64,000 bases of DNA from an uncultured Clostridia bacterium (GCA_944391965.1 CALXVH010000004.1:9332-73331), one strand, 5' to 3'. Shown: positions 46,091 through 56,686, counted from the stretch's first letter. Notes: a model not told the origin generated them from the letters alone. Made by a program: numbers and translations.

Positions 46091-48547
46091 TTAAAATCCT
46101 ATCCTTCTTGCTTCATTTTTTGCTGTTAATTTTTCTGCATTTATATCATCTTCTGTTATAACCATTAAGTTTTCGTCATTTTCTATATTTTCTACATTTC
46201 TTGAATGTTCAATTAAAATATCTTGATATATTTGGTTTATGTATCTTGCATTTCCAAAATCTTCAACTTTTTTTGATGTTTCTATTATACTTTCTACTTT
46301 TTTTAGTGCTTCATCTGTAATTTTTAAATTGTTTTTTTCTACTAATTGTTTAAAAATATCTATTAATTCTTGACTTGTATAATCATCAAACTTTATCGTG
46401 TATCCTATTCTAGATTTTAAACCTGGATTAAATTTTATAAATTTTTCCATTTGTTTTTCATAACCTGCAAAAATAACTATTAAATTATCTTTTTGGTCCT
46501 CTAAAACTTTTAATATTGTTGTCATACAATCACTTGCAAAAGAAGAATTAGAACCAGTTTCTACAATAGAATATGCTTCATCTATAAATAATACTCCACC
46601 AAAAGCTGATTTTAATACATTATATGTTTTACCTGCTGTTTGTCCAACATATTCTGCAATAAGGTCTTTTGCAGATACTTCTACAAGCTTATTTTTCTTA
46701 GTATATCCTAAATTATATAATATATCACTAAAAAGTCTTGCTACTGTTGTTTTACCTGTTCCTGGATTTCCTGTAAATACCATATGAAGATTAAATTTAG
46801 AAATATCAATATTTGCTCTTTTATTAAATTTTAATAAACTAACTAAATTATTAATCTGTTTCTTTATCTTTCCAAGACCTATCATTTCATTTAATTCTGA
46901 TAAAATTTGTGGCAAATCTCTTGTATTATATAAATTAGGAATATCTTCTAATTTTAAGATATTTGTCTTATTACTATCAAATGTGCTATGCTCATTTAAT
47001 ATAATTTTATTAAATAATACTTTTGCATATTCTGTATTTTTAATTTCACTACTTCCATAGCTTAATTTTATATAATTATATATTTTTTCTTTTATCTCAT
47101 CATTTAACTGTTCAGTCAACCCTAGTCTTTCTATAACAATATTATAAACTTCATCTATATCTAACTCATCTATATTTAATTCGATATTAAATAAATTTTC
47201 TGAAAGAATAGGATGCTTATCTAAAATTCCTTTTATTATATCTTTATTACCATAAATCATTGTAACAATTCTAGAGTTATTTTTTAAGATTTTCTCTGTT
47301 AATAAATTTAGAATAATATTTTGATCTTTATCAGATGCATAAATTATATTTTGAAAATCCATAATTCTTACTATTCCATATTTGTAACTAGTTTTCCCAT
47401 TACTATAATCTACATACATTTGATTAATTAGATTTTTATCAGATATAATTTCATTCATTGAATACTCATAATATTTTGTACTATCTTTTAAATATACAAA
47501 ATACCACATATATTCACCAATTAGTTCTGAAATATTTGTAGCCATTTCTCTATCTTCTGTATACATTACAATATTAATAGGTACAAATGGTGTTGCTGTT
47601 GTATAATTATAATTTAAAACATAATTAAATAATCTTTTTATTTTATTTTTTGTTTCTTTATTACATGACAATTTTTCTACTTTATCAAGATAAATCTTAT
47701 TAAAATATTTACCTCTATTGCTCATTTTATCGTCGTTTCTTCTTAAAATATAAGTTTCCAATTGTTTTATAACATCTATATTTTGAGTTTCTATTAAATA
47801 TGTAAAATATGCTGCTAATTTATAAACATATTCGTAGCTTGTATCATCGTTGTTTTCTAAGTTTTTCTCAAATTCTTCGATATTTAATACCAATTCGTTT
47901 TCATAATTTCCAGCATAATATTCATGTATTTTATTTATATAATATGTACTATTCTCTAAATTAATTAAGTTTAATGCATTAAACTTAGCTTGTTTAGTTT
48001 CTTCATTATATTCTTTAAGTTTAATAAATTGATTCTTTAATAATATTTCTACACACATTAGAGATACTATATCCATATTATTAAATTTAATTTCCTTTGA
48101 ATTATATAATATTTTAGTTTCTTCTTCATTTAAAAATATATTTATCACTTTTTTAGGATCTATTACAATTTTATCTCTTTTTTGAGCTTTTAATATTTCA
48201 TATAAAAAATTCCTTACCAAATATTTTATACAATATTTTAATCCACAATTTTGACAGTTAGACTTTTTTTCTCCAATTTTATCTACAAAAACATTTCTAG
48301 CAACATTTAAATTTATTCTATAATTACAATTCATTAAATATTCTAAATAATTATAATCTGATGGTATACAACTTTTTATTACTGCATATCTAATTTGATT
48401 ATTATTTAACTCTGTCTCTGTTTGTTGATACATTTCTACTAAATTAAATTTTAAATACATCAAAATAATTTTTAATGTAGGTTTATCTAAGTTTTTGTAC
48501 AGTTCAAACTCTTTACTATTTACTAGTTTTTCCATATACTCGTCCAT
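46091..48547 (-). CDS. large AAA+ ATPase (SpoVK/CbbX-type AAA domain at C-terminus, about 550-aa uncharacterised N-terminal region)
   Basis: 818 aa; LHMVFTGNPGTGKTTVARL...VGQTAGKT...GGVLFIDEAYSI classic SpoVK/CbbX AAA signature; N-terminal CQNCGLKYC motif. Confidence 0.7.
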   Translation of the reverse strand: MDEYMEKLVNSKEFELYKNLDKPTLKIILMYLKFNLVEMYQQTETELNNNQIRYAVIKSCIPSDYNYLEYLMNCNYRINLNVARNVFVDKIGEKKSNCQNCGLKYCIKYLVRNFLYEILKAQKRDKIVIDPKKVINIFLNEEETKILYNSKEIKFNNMDIVSLMCVEILLKNQFIKLKEYNEETKQAKFNALNLINLENSTYYINKIHEYYAGNYENELVLNIEEFEKNLENNDDTSYEYVYKLAAYFTYLIETQNIDVIKQLETYILRRNDDKMSNRGKYFNKIYLDKVEKLSCNKETKNKIKRLFNYVLNYNYTTATPFVPINIVMYTEDREMATNISELIGEYMWYFVYLKDSTKYYEYSMNEIISDKNLINQMYVDYSNGKTSYKYGIVRIMDFQNIIYASDKDQNIILNLLTEKILKNNSRIVTMIYGNKDIIKGILDKHPILSENLFNIELNIDELDIDEVYNIVIERLGLTEQLNDEIKEKIYNYIKLSYGSSEIKNTEYAKVLFNKIILNEHSTFDSNKTNILKLEDIPNLYNTRDLPQILSELNEMIGLGKIKKQINNLVSLLKFNKRANIDISKFNLHMVFTGNPGTGKTTVARLFSDILYNLGYTKKNKLVEVSAKDLIAEYVGQTAGKTYNVLKSAFGGVLFIDEAYSIVETGSNSSFASDCMTTILKVLEDQKDNLIVIFAGYEKQMEKFIKFNPGLKSRIGYTIKFDDYTSQELIDIFKQLVEKNNLKITDEALKKVESIIETSKKVEDFGNARYINQIYQDILIEHSRNVENIENDENLMVITEDDINAEKLTAKNEARRIGF

Positions 48548-48708
48548 ATTATCACTCCTTAACTTTAAGATATATTTAAGATTTTATATTGTCAATATTT
48601 TTTTAATTTTTTTTCGTTTTGTATAGACTTTTTTTATGTTTTTGTGTATGATTATTACATATAAAATAGATAATATAAACAAGGGACATTTTAGGAGGGT
48701 TAAACATA

Positions 48709-48992
48709 TGATAAAAAAATTTTTATTAATAATGCCATTAATAATTTTAAGTTTATTTTTTGTAAATTTTGCACCTGTTTACGCAACAGATGATATAAAC
48801 ATGAACATTACAGAAAACGAAACATCTAATACTACAGTTTCAGCATCTACTTATACACCACCTACAACTTATACATCTAATTCATCTTCTAGTGGTTTAG
48901 ATATTTCTAATATATTAAATATTTTATTAATCGTAATTGGAATTTTACTTATATTATTAAGTATTGCTATATTAATTAGATTAAAACATTAA
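48709..48992 (+). CDS. small secreted/membrane-anchored Ser/Thr-rich protein
   Basis: 94 aa from ATG with SD AGGAGGG; signal peptide, S/T-rich middle, C-terminal TM; ORF track start 48636 lacks SD. Confidence 0.5.
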
Positions 48993-48999
48993 TTTTTTT

Positions 49000-49033
49000 A
49001 CCAATCTTTAGATAGATTGGTTTATTTTTTTTG
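49000..49033 (+). terminator. rho-independent terminator
   Basis: ACCAATCTTTAGATAGATTGGT then TTATTTTTTTT. Confidence 0.6.
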
Positions 49034-49142
49034 CATATTTTTAATTAAATTTCTAAAAATAATATTGAGGTATTTTTATTATTTGTAAATTTAATTATAT
49101 TATTTGCGAATAATATCCTCAGACTTTAGCAGGAGGTAAATT

Positions 49143-49577
49143 ATGGCTAATATAGCTAAAAAGATTTCTTTTATTATATTTTCTGCTGTAATCGTATTTT
49201 TTATAAGTGGTAATTCTTTTGCTAATAATGATATGCTTCATAAAGCTGCAGAATCTACCAAAAATGGTGTTGGACATACAGAAAATGTTATGCAAGATGC
49301 ATCAAATGCTGTTCAAAATACTTCTAACTCAATAAAAAATATGTCAAGTAATGTCGTTACTAAAACACAAGAACAAGCAAAGGATTTAAAAAACAGTGTA
49401 GGTGAAGCTGCTACAGATATGAAAGACGGTGCATATAATGCTACTAGAACCGCAACCACAGCCGCCACATCAGCTTTTTCTAACGGTACAGTTTGGTCTT
49501 GGATAATAGTTGTAGCTGTCGTATTGGGAATTGCATTTCTTATATGGTATTTAGTTAAAAGAAATCATAATGAATAA
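49143..49577 (+). CDS. small membrane-anchored protein (signal peptide + C-terminal TM)
   Basis: 144 aa; SD GCAGGAGG; N-terminal hydrophobic signal, Ala/Thr-rich segment, C-terminal TM WSWIIVVAVVLGIAFLIWYL. Confidence 0.5.
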   Translation: MANIAKKISFIIFSAVIVFFISGNSFANNDMLHKAAESTKNGVGHTENVMQDASNAVQNTSNSIKNMSSNVVTKTQEQAKDLKNSVGEAATDMKDGAYNATRTATTAATSAFSNGTVWSWIIVVAVVLGIAFLIWYLVKRNHNE

Positions 49578-49593
49578 TTTCATACAAACCTAT

Positions 49594-49632
49594 AAGCTGT
49601 TACTTTTGTAACAGCTTAATCTTTACTTTTTG
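49594..49632 (+). terminator. rho-independent terminator
   Basis: AAGCTGTTAC-tttt-GTAACAGCTT then T-rich. Confidence 0.6.
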
Positions 49633-49744
49633 TATATTCATGTTATAATACAAATATCAATTGTTTTATAAAAGTATACTTGAGTTGAAATTTTAATTTC
49701 ATTTATGCAAAACATAAAAGAAGACCATAAGAGAGGAAAATTTT

Positions 49745-50200
49745 ATGAATACTAAATTAATTGCTAAGAACCCAACAGCCAAACATAATTATGAAATTTT
49801 AGATACTTATGAAACTGGAATTGTTCTTTCAGGTACAGAAATTAAATCTATAAGATTAGGTAAAGTAAATTTAAAAGATAGTTATGCTAGTATTTCTAAT
49901 GGTGAATGTTATGTATATAATTTACATATTAGTCCTTACGAACATGGTAATATATACAATAAAGATCCTTTAAGACCAAAAAAATTATTATTACATAAAA
50001 AGGAGATTTTAAAATTATATGGATTATTAAAGCAGAAAGGATATGCATTAATACCTTTAAACATTTATTTTAAAGGCAGTTTTGTAAAATTAGAACTAGG
50101 TTTAGGTAAGGGTAAAAAGTTATATGATAAAAGAGAAGATTTAAAAAAGAAAGATGCTAATAAACAAATTATGAAAAATTTACGTGAAAAAAATTTATAA
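49745..50200 (+). CDS. smpB: SsrA-binding protein
   Basis: 151 aa; typical SmpB sequence ([13 protein letters not shown]...LLLHKKEI); no tmRNA detectable downstream. Confidence 0.9.
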   Translation: MNTKLIAKNPTAKHNYEILDTYETGIVLSGTEIKSIRLGKVNLKDSYASISNGECYVYNLHISPYEHGNIYNKDPLRPKKLLLHKKEILKLYGLLKQKGYALIPLNIYFKGSFVKLELGLGKGKKLYDKREDLKKKDANKQIMKNLREKNL

Positions 50201-50205
50201 TATTA

Positions 50206-50240
50206 AAAAGACATTACCTAATGGCAATGTCTTTTATAGT
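50206..50240 (+). terminator. terminator after smpB
   Basis: AAGACATTACC-taat-GGCAATGTCTTTT. Confidence 0.5.
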
Positions 50241-50270
50241 TATTTTTACTAACGTTTATTTATTGTTTTT

Positions 50271-50420
50271 ATAACTTACACACATTGTTTCCTTTTCATT
50301 TCCTGTATTTACATTTGTATTTGGCATAATATTTATAGCCTTTAATTTACATTCTTGTACTGTTATATCATTATATTTACAGCTTCCAACTGAGCAATGT
50401 ATTTTTTGATTACTTTCCAT
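50271..50420 (-). CDS. small DUF1540-like Cys-rich protein (49 aa), not in ORF track
   Basis: MESNQKIHCSVGSCKYNDITVQECKLKAINIMPNTNVNTGNEKETMCVS; SD AGGGAGG 7 nt upstream; C.V..C.YN....C.L..I spacing typical of DUF1540. Confidence 0.5.
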
Positions 50421-50549
50421 ATCATTCTACCTCCCTATTTTTATTATTTACTTTTAAATTCTTTTTATTCTTTTCTAATTTTATCTTTGTAACTTCTGCA
50501 GAATTTTTTCATATATTATAATAAAAAATTTTTAAAGGAGTTTAATTTT

Positions 50550-51236
50550 ATGGATTATGAAATAATGATGAATAATAATTTAAAAATTGGTATGGAAGCT
50601 CCAGATTTTGATGCTGTTTCTACAATGGGAGACATTTCTCTTTCTAATTATAAAGGTAAATGGGTAGTATTTTTTTCACACCCAGGCGACTTTACCCCGG
50701 TATGTACAACTGAAATAATTGGTTTTGCTAAGGCTGATACATATTTTAAAAAAATTAATACAGAACTTATTGGAATAAGTGTTGATGGATTAAATTCTCA
50801 TCTTGCTTGGCTTTATGACATTTATTTAAAAACAGGCCTTGTTGTAAATTTTCCTATTATTGCAGACCAAAATGGAGTTATTGCCAGAAAATATGGAATG
50901 ATATCTAATGATGTAAGTTCTACAGAGACTGTTAGAAATGTATTTATTATTGATGATAAAGGAATTATAAGAAGTATTTTTGTCTATCCTATGAATATTG
51001 GTAGATATATCCCAGAAATATTAAGAACTGTAACAGCATTACAATATGCCGACCAAAATAATTGTATGACACCAGCTAACTGGGCTCCTGGGAACCCTAT
51101 GATTGTTCCTCCTCCTAAAACATTTAATGCTTTACGTGAAAGAAATGAAAGTATTAATAAAAATAGAAATGGTATGTCTTGGTATTTAAGCTTTAAAAAT
51201 GTTGATAATACTCCAAAATTGGATAAAGGTAAATAA
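50550..51236 (+). CDS. peroxiredoxin (AhpC/TSA family, 1-Cys/Prx6-like)
   Basis: 228 aa; FTPVCTTE peroxidatic Cys motif. Confidence 0.85.
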   Translation: MDYEIMMNNNLKIGMEAPDFDAVSTMGDISLSNYKGKWVVFFSHPGDFTPVCTTEIIGFAKADTYFKKINTELIGISVDGLNSHLAWLYDIYLKTGLVVNFPIIADQNGVIARKYGMISNDVSSTETVRNVFIIDDKGIIRSIFVYPMNIGRYIPEILRTVTALQYADQNNCMTPANWAPGNPMIVPPPKTFNALRERNESINKNRNGMSWYLSFKNVDNTPKLDKGK

Positions 51237-51240
51237 TTAA

Positions 51241-51278
51241 AATAGGGATTTGGGGACGTTCCTTGAAATCCCTATTTA
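51241..51278. repeat. palindromic repeat unit, F orientation (AATAGGGATTTGGGGACGTTCC-ttg-AAATCCCTATT)
   Basis: Near-perfect 11-bp outer arms; directly visible. Confidence 0.85.
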
Positions 51279-51281
51279 TAG

Positions 51282-52115
<834 letters not shown>

Positions 52116-52162
52116 TTATATTCCCCCTGCTTCGCATTATATAAATAAAATTGCTTGCTTAA

Positions 52163-52474
52163 TTATATTAAAATATTTACAATATCACAAATATTTATAT
52201 TGTATTCTTTATTAATTTGAATTTTCTTTTTAACATAATCAATATTTGTTACGCTTCCTTTAATTTCGCTATATTTCCCATTTTTATAAAACTTTATTGT
52301 AACATAACTCCCATTTTCAATTTGATTAAATTTATTATTTAACTCATTTAAAGTATCTTCTGCTAACTCTCTTTTTTCTTCGTATTCTATCTCCTTTTCC
52401 CTTAATGCTTCTTGCAATCCTTTCAATGCATCAAATGGAAGAAATTGTTTTGCCCTTGCTACTTTATTCACCAC
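52163..52474 (-). CDS. YolD-like protein
   Basis: 103 aa; QFLPFDALKG N-terminal motif; overlaps 3' end of Y-family polymerase gene by 11 nt, the usual YolD partner. Confidence 0.6.
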   Translation of the reverse strand: MVNKVARAKQFLPFDALKGLQEALREKEIEYEEKRELAEDTLNELNNKFNQIENGSYVTIKFYKNGKYSEIKGSVTNIDYVKKKIQINKEYNINICDIVNILI

Positions 52475-53732
52475 TATTATGACCTCCTATTAATTTATTC
52501 CTCATAATTGTTGTTGCACCATCTTCTAAATCCATTCCTCTTATTATTGCATTTTTTCCCATTTTATTTTTTATCTTACACATTGCAAGTTCTAATTTTC
52601 TTTCTTCATCAATCTTTTCTTGGTCTATAAATAAACTTAATTGTATGCTCTCTGTCTCAATTACATTTGTAAAGTTTACACCTATTCTTCTAATTGGAAT
52701 AACTTTATCTGTAGTTTTATCATATATTTCTAAAAACGCTTTTAAAAGTTCTGAATAGGTATTTGTATAATTAATTAATTTTCTAGTTCCTCCTGTTGCT
52801 TTTATAGTATTTTTTGAATAGCCTATATAAAGCCCTACAGTATCAGTTACTAAATTACTTTCTATAAGTCTTAAACTCCCTAGCTCTACCATTTCTTTTA
52901 ATACTAATCTTGCTTTTATAAATGAATAATCTTCAAATAGAACTTGACTATTAGTTATAGAATTTGTTTTGGGCTTATATACTTTTATATCTGCAATAGT
53001 ACAGCTTTCTTTTCCCCAAGAATGGTCTATTAAATATTCTGCATTTACCCCAAATTCTTTATATAACCTTTTTTGAGTAGTATGAGCAATATCATACATA
53101 TCAAAGATTCCCATTTTATTTAATCTTCTTTCTATTCCTTTTCCTATTTGCCAAAAATCTGAAAGTGGTTTATGATGCCATAATTCTTTTTTGTACTTTT
53201 CCTCATTTAGATAACCTATGTTATTTGGATTGTGCTTTGCTGTAATATCAAGCGCAATTTTAGCTAAATACATATTTGTTCCAATTCCAGCTGTAGCTGT
53301 TATTCCATAAGTTTTAAATATATCTTTTATTATTTTTTTTGCAAGTTCTATTGGATTTAATTTGTATAATTTTAAATATTTGGTAACATCCATAAAAGCT
53401 TCATCTATTGAATATACATGTATATCTTCTTTTGAAAAATATTTTAAGTAAATAGCATATATATTTGCTGAATATTCTATATATTTCTTCATTCTTGGAG
53501 TGGCTACTATATATTTTATTGTTGGAGGAATCTCAAAAATCCTACATCTATTTTTTACTCCTAACATTTTCATTTTTGGAGATATTGCTAAACAAATTGT
53601 TCCTTTTCCTCTATTAGGATCTGCAACTACCAAATTTGTATTAAACGGATCTAATCCTCTTTCCACACACTCAACAGAAGCATAAAATGTTTTTAGATCT
53701 ATGCACAAGTAATATTTCTGCATTCTCTTCAC
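52464..53732 (-). CDS. Y-family DNA polymerase (DinB/UvrX-like translesion polymerase)
   Basis: 422 aa; YLCIDLKTFYASVE...LVVADP palm-domain N-terminus typical of Y-family. Confidence 0.85.
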   Translation of the reverse strand: MKRMQKYYLCIDLKTFYASVECVERGLDPFNTNLVVADPNRGKGTICLAISPKMKMLGVKNRCRIFEIPPTIKYIVATPRMKKYIEYSANIYAIYLKYFSKEDIHVYSIDEAFMDVTKYLKLYKLNPIELAKKIIKDIFKTYGITATAGIGTNMYLAKIALDITAKHNPNNIGYLNEEKYKKELWHHKPLSDFWQIGKGIERRLNKMGIFDMYDIAHTTQKRLYKEFGVNAEYLIDHSWGKESCTIADIKVYKPKTNSITNSQVLFEDYSFIKARLVLKEMVELGSLRLIESNLVTDTVGLYIGYSKNTIKATGGTRKLINYTNTYSELLKAFLEIYDKTTDKVIPIRRIGVNFTNVIETESIQLSLFIDQEKIDEERKLELAMCKIKNKMGKNAIIRGMDLEDGATTIMRNKLIGGHNSGE

Positions 53733-53782
53733 ACTCCAAATTATAAGTATAAACTTATTATAGCATCGTTTTTATTTATTGT

Positions 53783-53798
53783 AAACGTTTGTTCGTAT
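53783..53798. promoter_or_regulatory. candidate LexA (Cheo-type) box CGAACaaacGTTTac upstream of Y-family polymerase
   Basis: GAAC-N4-GTTT dyad about 55 nt upstream of start codon on minus strand. Confidence 0.45.
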
Positions 53799-53851
53799 TT
53801 ATTCTTAAGAAATTTTTACCATATTTGTTATAATTTGGTAATATAGTATAT

Positions 53852-53895
53852 GAAAAAGCATTCAAATTAGGTTTTCTAACTTGAATGCTTTTTCA
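53852..53895 (-). terminator. terminator after fba
   Basis: AGCATTCAA-n-TTGAATGCT stem with flanking T/A runs. Confidence 0.55.
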
Positions 53896-53904
53896 TATTA
53901 TATA

Positions 53905-53940
53905 TAATAGGGATTTAAAGAACGTCCCCAAATCCCTATA
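53905..53940. repeat. palindromic repeat unit, R orientation (AATAGGGATTT-aaa-GAACGTCCCCAAATCCCTAT)
   Basis: Directly visible; inverted relative to copy at 51241. Confidence 0.85.
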
Positions 53941-53947
53941 TCATATT

Positions 53948-54877
53948 TTATGCTTTATTGCTTGATCCAAATACATCTCTTATTTTATGTGCAACTGTTT
54001 CTTCTATTAAGTCTCTTCCTTTACCCATATATTTTCTTGGATCAAATACACTTGGATTTTCTACAAATGTTTCTCTTATTCCTGCTGTCATTGCTAATCT
54101 TAAGTCTGTATCTACATTTATTTTAGATACTCCAGACACACTTGCTTCGTGTAATATTTCATCTGGAACTCCTTTTGCTCCTGGTAAATCTGCTCCATAT
54201 TTATTGCAAATTTCTACTAATTCTGGAATAACTGTTGATGCACCATGTAATACTATTGGTGTATTTGGTATTTTTTCTTTGATTTTTGCTAAAATATCAA
54301 ATCTTAATTTTGCTTCACCTTTAAATTTATATGCTCCATGGCTTGTTCCAATTGCTATTGCTAAAGAATCACAACCTGTTCTTTCAACAAATTCTTTTGC
54401 TTCTTCTGGGTCTGTATACATTGCATCTTCTGCTGAAACATTAACATCATCTTCTATTCCTGCTAATTTTCCAAGTTCAGCTTCTACTACTACACCATGT
54501 GCATGTGCATAGTCTACAACTTCTTTTGTTAATTTTATATTTGTTTCGAAATCATATTTTGAACCATCAAACATAACTGATGTATAACCATTATCTACAC
54601 ACATTTTACATGTTTCGAAATCTGGACCATGATCTAAATGTAAAGCTACTGGAATATCATGTTCTTCTAATCCTGCTTCTATCATTTTCTTTAAATATGG
54701 TACTCTTGCGTATTTTATAGCACTTGCTGAAGTTTGTAATATAACTGGTGAGTTTTCTTTAGCTGCTGCATCCATTATTGCTTGTACAAACTCCATATTA
54801 TTAATATTAAATGCACCGATTGCAAATTTCTCCTTCATAGATTTTTCAAACATATCCTTTGTTGTTACAAATGGCAT
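53948..54877 (-). CDS. fba: class II fructose-bisphosphate aldolase
   Basis: 309 aa; HLDHG, zinc ligands and typical FbaA sequence. Confidence 0.9.
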   Translation of the reverse strand: MPFVTTKDMFEKSMKEKFAIGAFNINNMEFVQAIMDAAAKENSPVILQTSASAIKYARVPYLKKMIEAGLEEHDIPVALHLDHGPDFETCKMCVDNGYTSVMFDGSKYDFETNIKLTKEVVDYAHAHGVVVEAELGKLAGIEDDVNVSAEDAMYTDPEEAKEFVERTGCDSLAIAIGTSHGAYKFKGEAKLRFDILAKIKEKIPNTPIVLHGASTVIPELVEICNKYGADLPGAKGVPDEILHEASVSGVSKINVDTDLRLAMTAGIRETFVENPSVFDPRKYMGKGRDLIEETVAHKIRDVFGSSNKA

Positions 54878-54957
54878 AAAAAATCACCTTCCTTAAATTC
54901 ATTTTCTCCCTTATTTTATTTCTTATTCTTTAGAATGTCAATTAAAACATTATCTAA

Positions 54958-55404
54958 TTAATTACTTTTCTTATATTTTTGATTTCTAAAAAATTTTAGT
55001 ATAAAGTTCTTTAACTTAGTATACCAATTTTGTTCTTCTTTAATAAGAGCTTTTATTTCCGTTTGTTTTATATCATTATCATTTTTAAATATTTTTCCTG
55101 GATTAAACTTTGGTTTTAAGCTTTCATTTTTTGAATCATTTTCTTTGTAAATTGCAATAAGTTCTTGTTTTTCTTCTGATGTGGCCCAATATTTTAAATT
55201 TAAATATGCAATAAATGCTAATGCATTTTTTGAAATTTGAGATACTATATTTTCTTCTAGATTTAGATTAACATCATAATTGGGAATTCTTTCTTTTTTT
55301 ATATATTCATAAACATTGTTTGGTAATTTATATATATATTCATTACCAAGTAAATTTAAAAAACTATATACTTCATTAAACATTATATTAAAATTATCTA
55401 CCAT
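54958..55404 (-). CDS. hypothetical protein (148 aa)
   Basis: Overlaps upstream hypothetical gene by 11 nt (operon). Confidence 0.45.
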   Translation of the reverse strand: MVDNFNIMFNEVYSFLNLLGNEYIYKLPNNVYEYIKKERIPNYDVNLNLEENIVSQISKNALAFIAYLNLKYWATSEEKQELIAIYKENDSKNESLKPKFNPGKIFKNDNDIKQTEIKALIKEEQNWYTKLKNFILKFFRNQKYKKSN

Positions 55405-56362
55405 TAAATTCTTCTCCCGAATTTCTTATTTTATCATTATTTTTTGTTTTAACCTTTTGGACTATTCTTTTTATTGAAGACCAACCTAATTGTTTCTTTG
55501 ATTCTTCGATTACCTTTGCTAATAAATTTTTTCGATTTTCTTTCATATATCTTGGATTTTCTACATATCTAGCCATAGTATTATCCCTAGCATTAACTGT
55601 TACATATCCTTTTGTATATTTAGGATTTAATCTTATGCAGTCATCCTTTATGATAATATCCTCTTTTTTATCTTTTATGTCTTTTTTGGGTATTGCAATG
55701 ATACTTATATCTACAAATGTACTTCCCATATGATTTTTATAATTTCCACCTGTTGCAATCATTTGCATTAATGACCCTAAATGATTGTCTTCAAATGATA
55801 TATTTTCTTCTAATTTTGAATAAATATCTGTATACTGGCTGGAGTCCGCACCAGAAGATATATGCCCCGTTAGCATTAATCCTGTTGCATTTATTTTTTC
55901 TCCTAACCCCTGTCCTCCAGTTCTATGTATACCAATTTCTAAATTATCATCATTAAACAAATCTAACATTTGGCACATAATATCTGCCTGTTGTGCTGCG
56001 TCTTCTTTTCTATTTAATTGTACTAATTGACATATATCAAAAGCATCTATTTTTCCGTGTTTATATAATAGTTTTAATTTTTCTCCAAATCTGTCTCCAT
56101 AAACACTACTTAAATATGGTAAACCTTCCTCTTCAATTAATTGCAAATAACATTTTTTTTCTTCATCAAAATCATATAATTCTAAACAAGCATCAAACGT
56201 ATTTTCTAAAAAGCTCTCTTGTAATTTATTTTTCTTTATAAAATTTAGAAATAAATTAATATCACCATTTTTATATGCTATTCGAAACGCTGGTACCAAT
56301 TGACCAGTTTTAACAACAATATCTTCAATTTCTTTTAATTTCTTTTGGTTTTGTTTTTCCAT
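55394..56362 (-). CDS. hypothetical protein (322 aa)
   Basis: ORF with slightly elevated GC; conserved-looking HRTGGQGLGE / GHISSGADSS blocks; no family assigned. Confidence 0.5.
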   Translation of the reverse strand: MEKQNQKKLKEIEDIVVKTGQLVPAFRIAYKNGDINLFLNFIKKNKLQESFLENTFDACLELYDFDEEKKCYLQLIEEEGLPYLSSVYGDRFGEKLKLLYKHGKIDAFDICQLVQLNRKEDAAQQADIMCQMLDLFNDDNLEIGIHRTGGQGLGEKINATGLMLTGHISSGADSSQYTDIYSKLEENISFEDNHLGSLMQMIATGGNYKNHMGSTFVDISIIAIPKKDIKDKKEDIIIKDDCIRLNPKYTKGYVTVNARDNTMARYVENPRYMKENRKNLLAKVIEESKKQLGWSSIKRIVQKVKTKNNDKIRNSGEEFNGR

Positions 56363-56496
56363 TATTTCCCCTTTACATCTTATGTTTTAATTATTTTATA
56401 ATATTTTTTACTCTTATTTCTACATTTTATAAAAATTTTATATTAAATTAATCATTCGCACAAAAGTTTTTAATACATATAATCAAATTACATACT

Positions 56497-56530
56497 AAAA
56501 GCGCTACTCATTTGTATAGCGCTTTTAGTC
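56497..56530. terminator. bidirectional terminator
   Basis: AAAAGCGCTA-ctcatttgta-TAGCGCTTTT. Confidence 0.6.
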
Positions 56531-56686
56531 TTTACTACCAGCCTTTGCTAATATATCCTGCATTGCGATATTTATGTATTTGTCTAACTTTTGGCTTTGT
56601 TTGACTATTTCATTATAGTCTTCATTTTCTAAAATCATTTGTTCAAGTTTCGCTCTATGTTTTTTTATTGCTAAAGTAACATCCAT
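56525..56686 (-). CDS. Spo0E-like sporulation regulatory protein (53 aa), not in ORF track
   Basis: MDVTLAIKKHRAKLEQMILENEDYNEIVKQSQKLDKYINIAMQDILAKAGSKD; SD AGGAGGG 7 nt upstream; matches Spo0E family pattern (I..KR..L......V...SQ.LD..I). Confidence 0.55.
   Translation of the reverse strand: MDVTLAIKKHRAKLEQMILENEDYNEIVKQSQKLDKYINIAMQDILAKAGSKD

Noticed and set aside
50201-50549. Search for tmRNA (ssrA) downstream of smpB
   Set aside because: The region is AT-rich and contains a terminator, a small minus-strand CDS and a promoter. No tRNA-like acceptor or T-arm sequences or CCA end were found.
50480-50549. Possible PerR box in the peroxiredoxin promoter (TATATTATAATAAAA)
   Set aside because: The match to TTATAATnATTATAA is partial and indistinguishable from a generic AT-rich -10 region in this genome.
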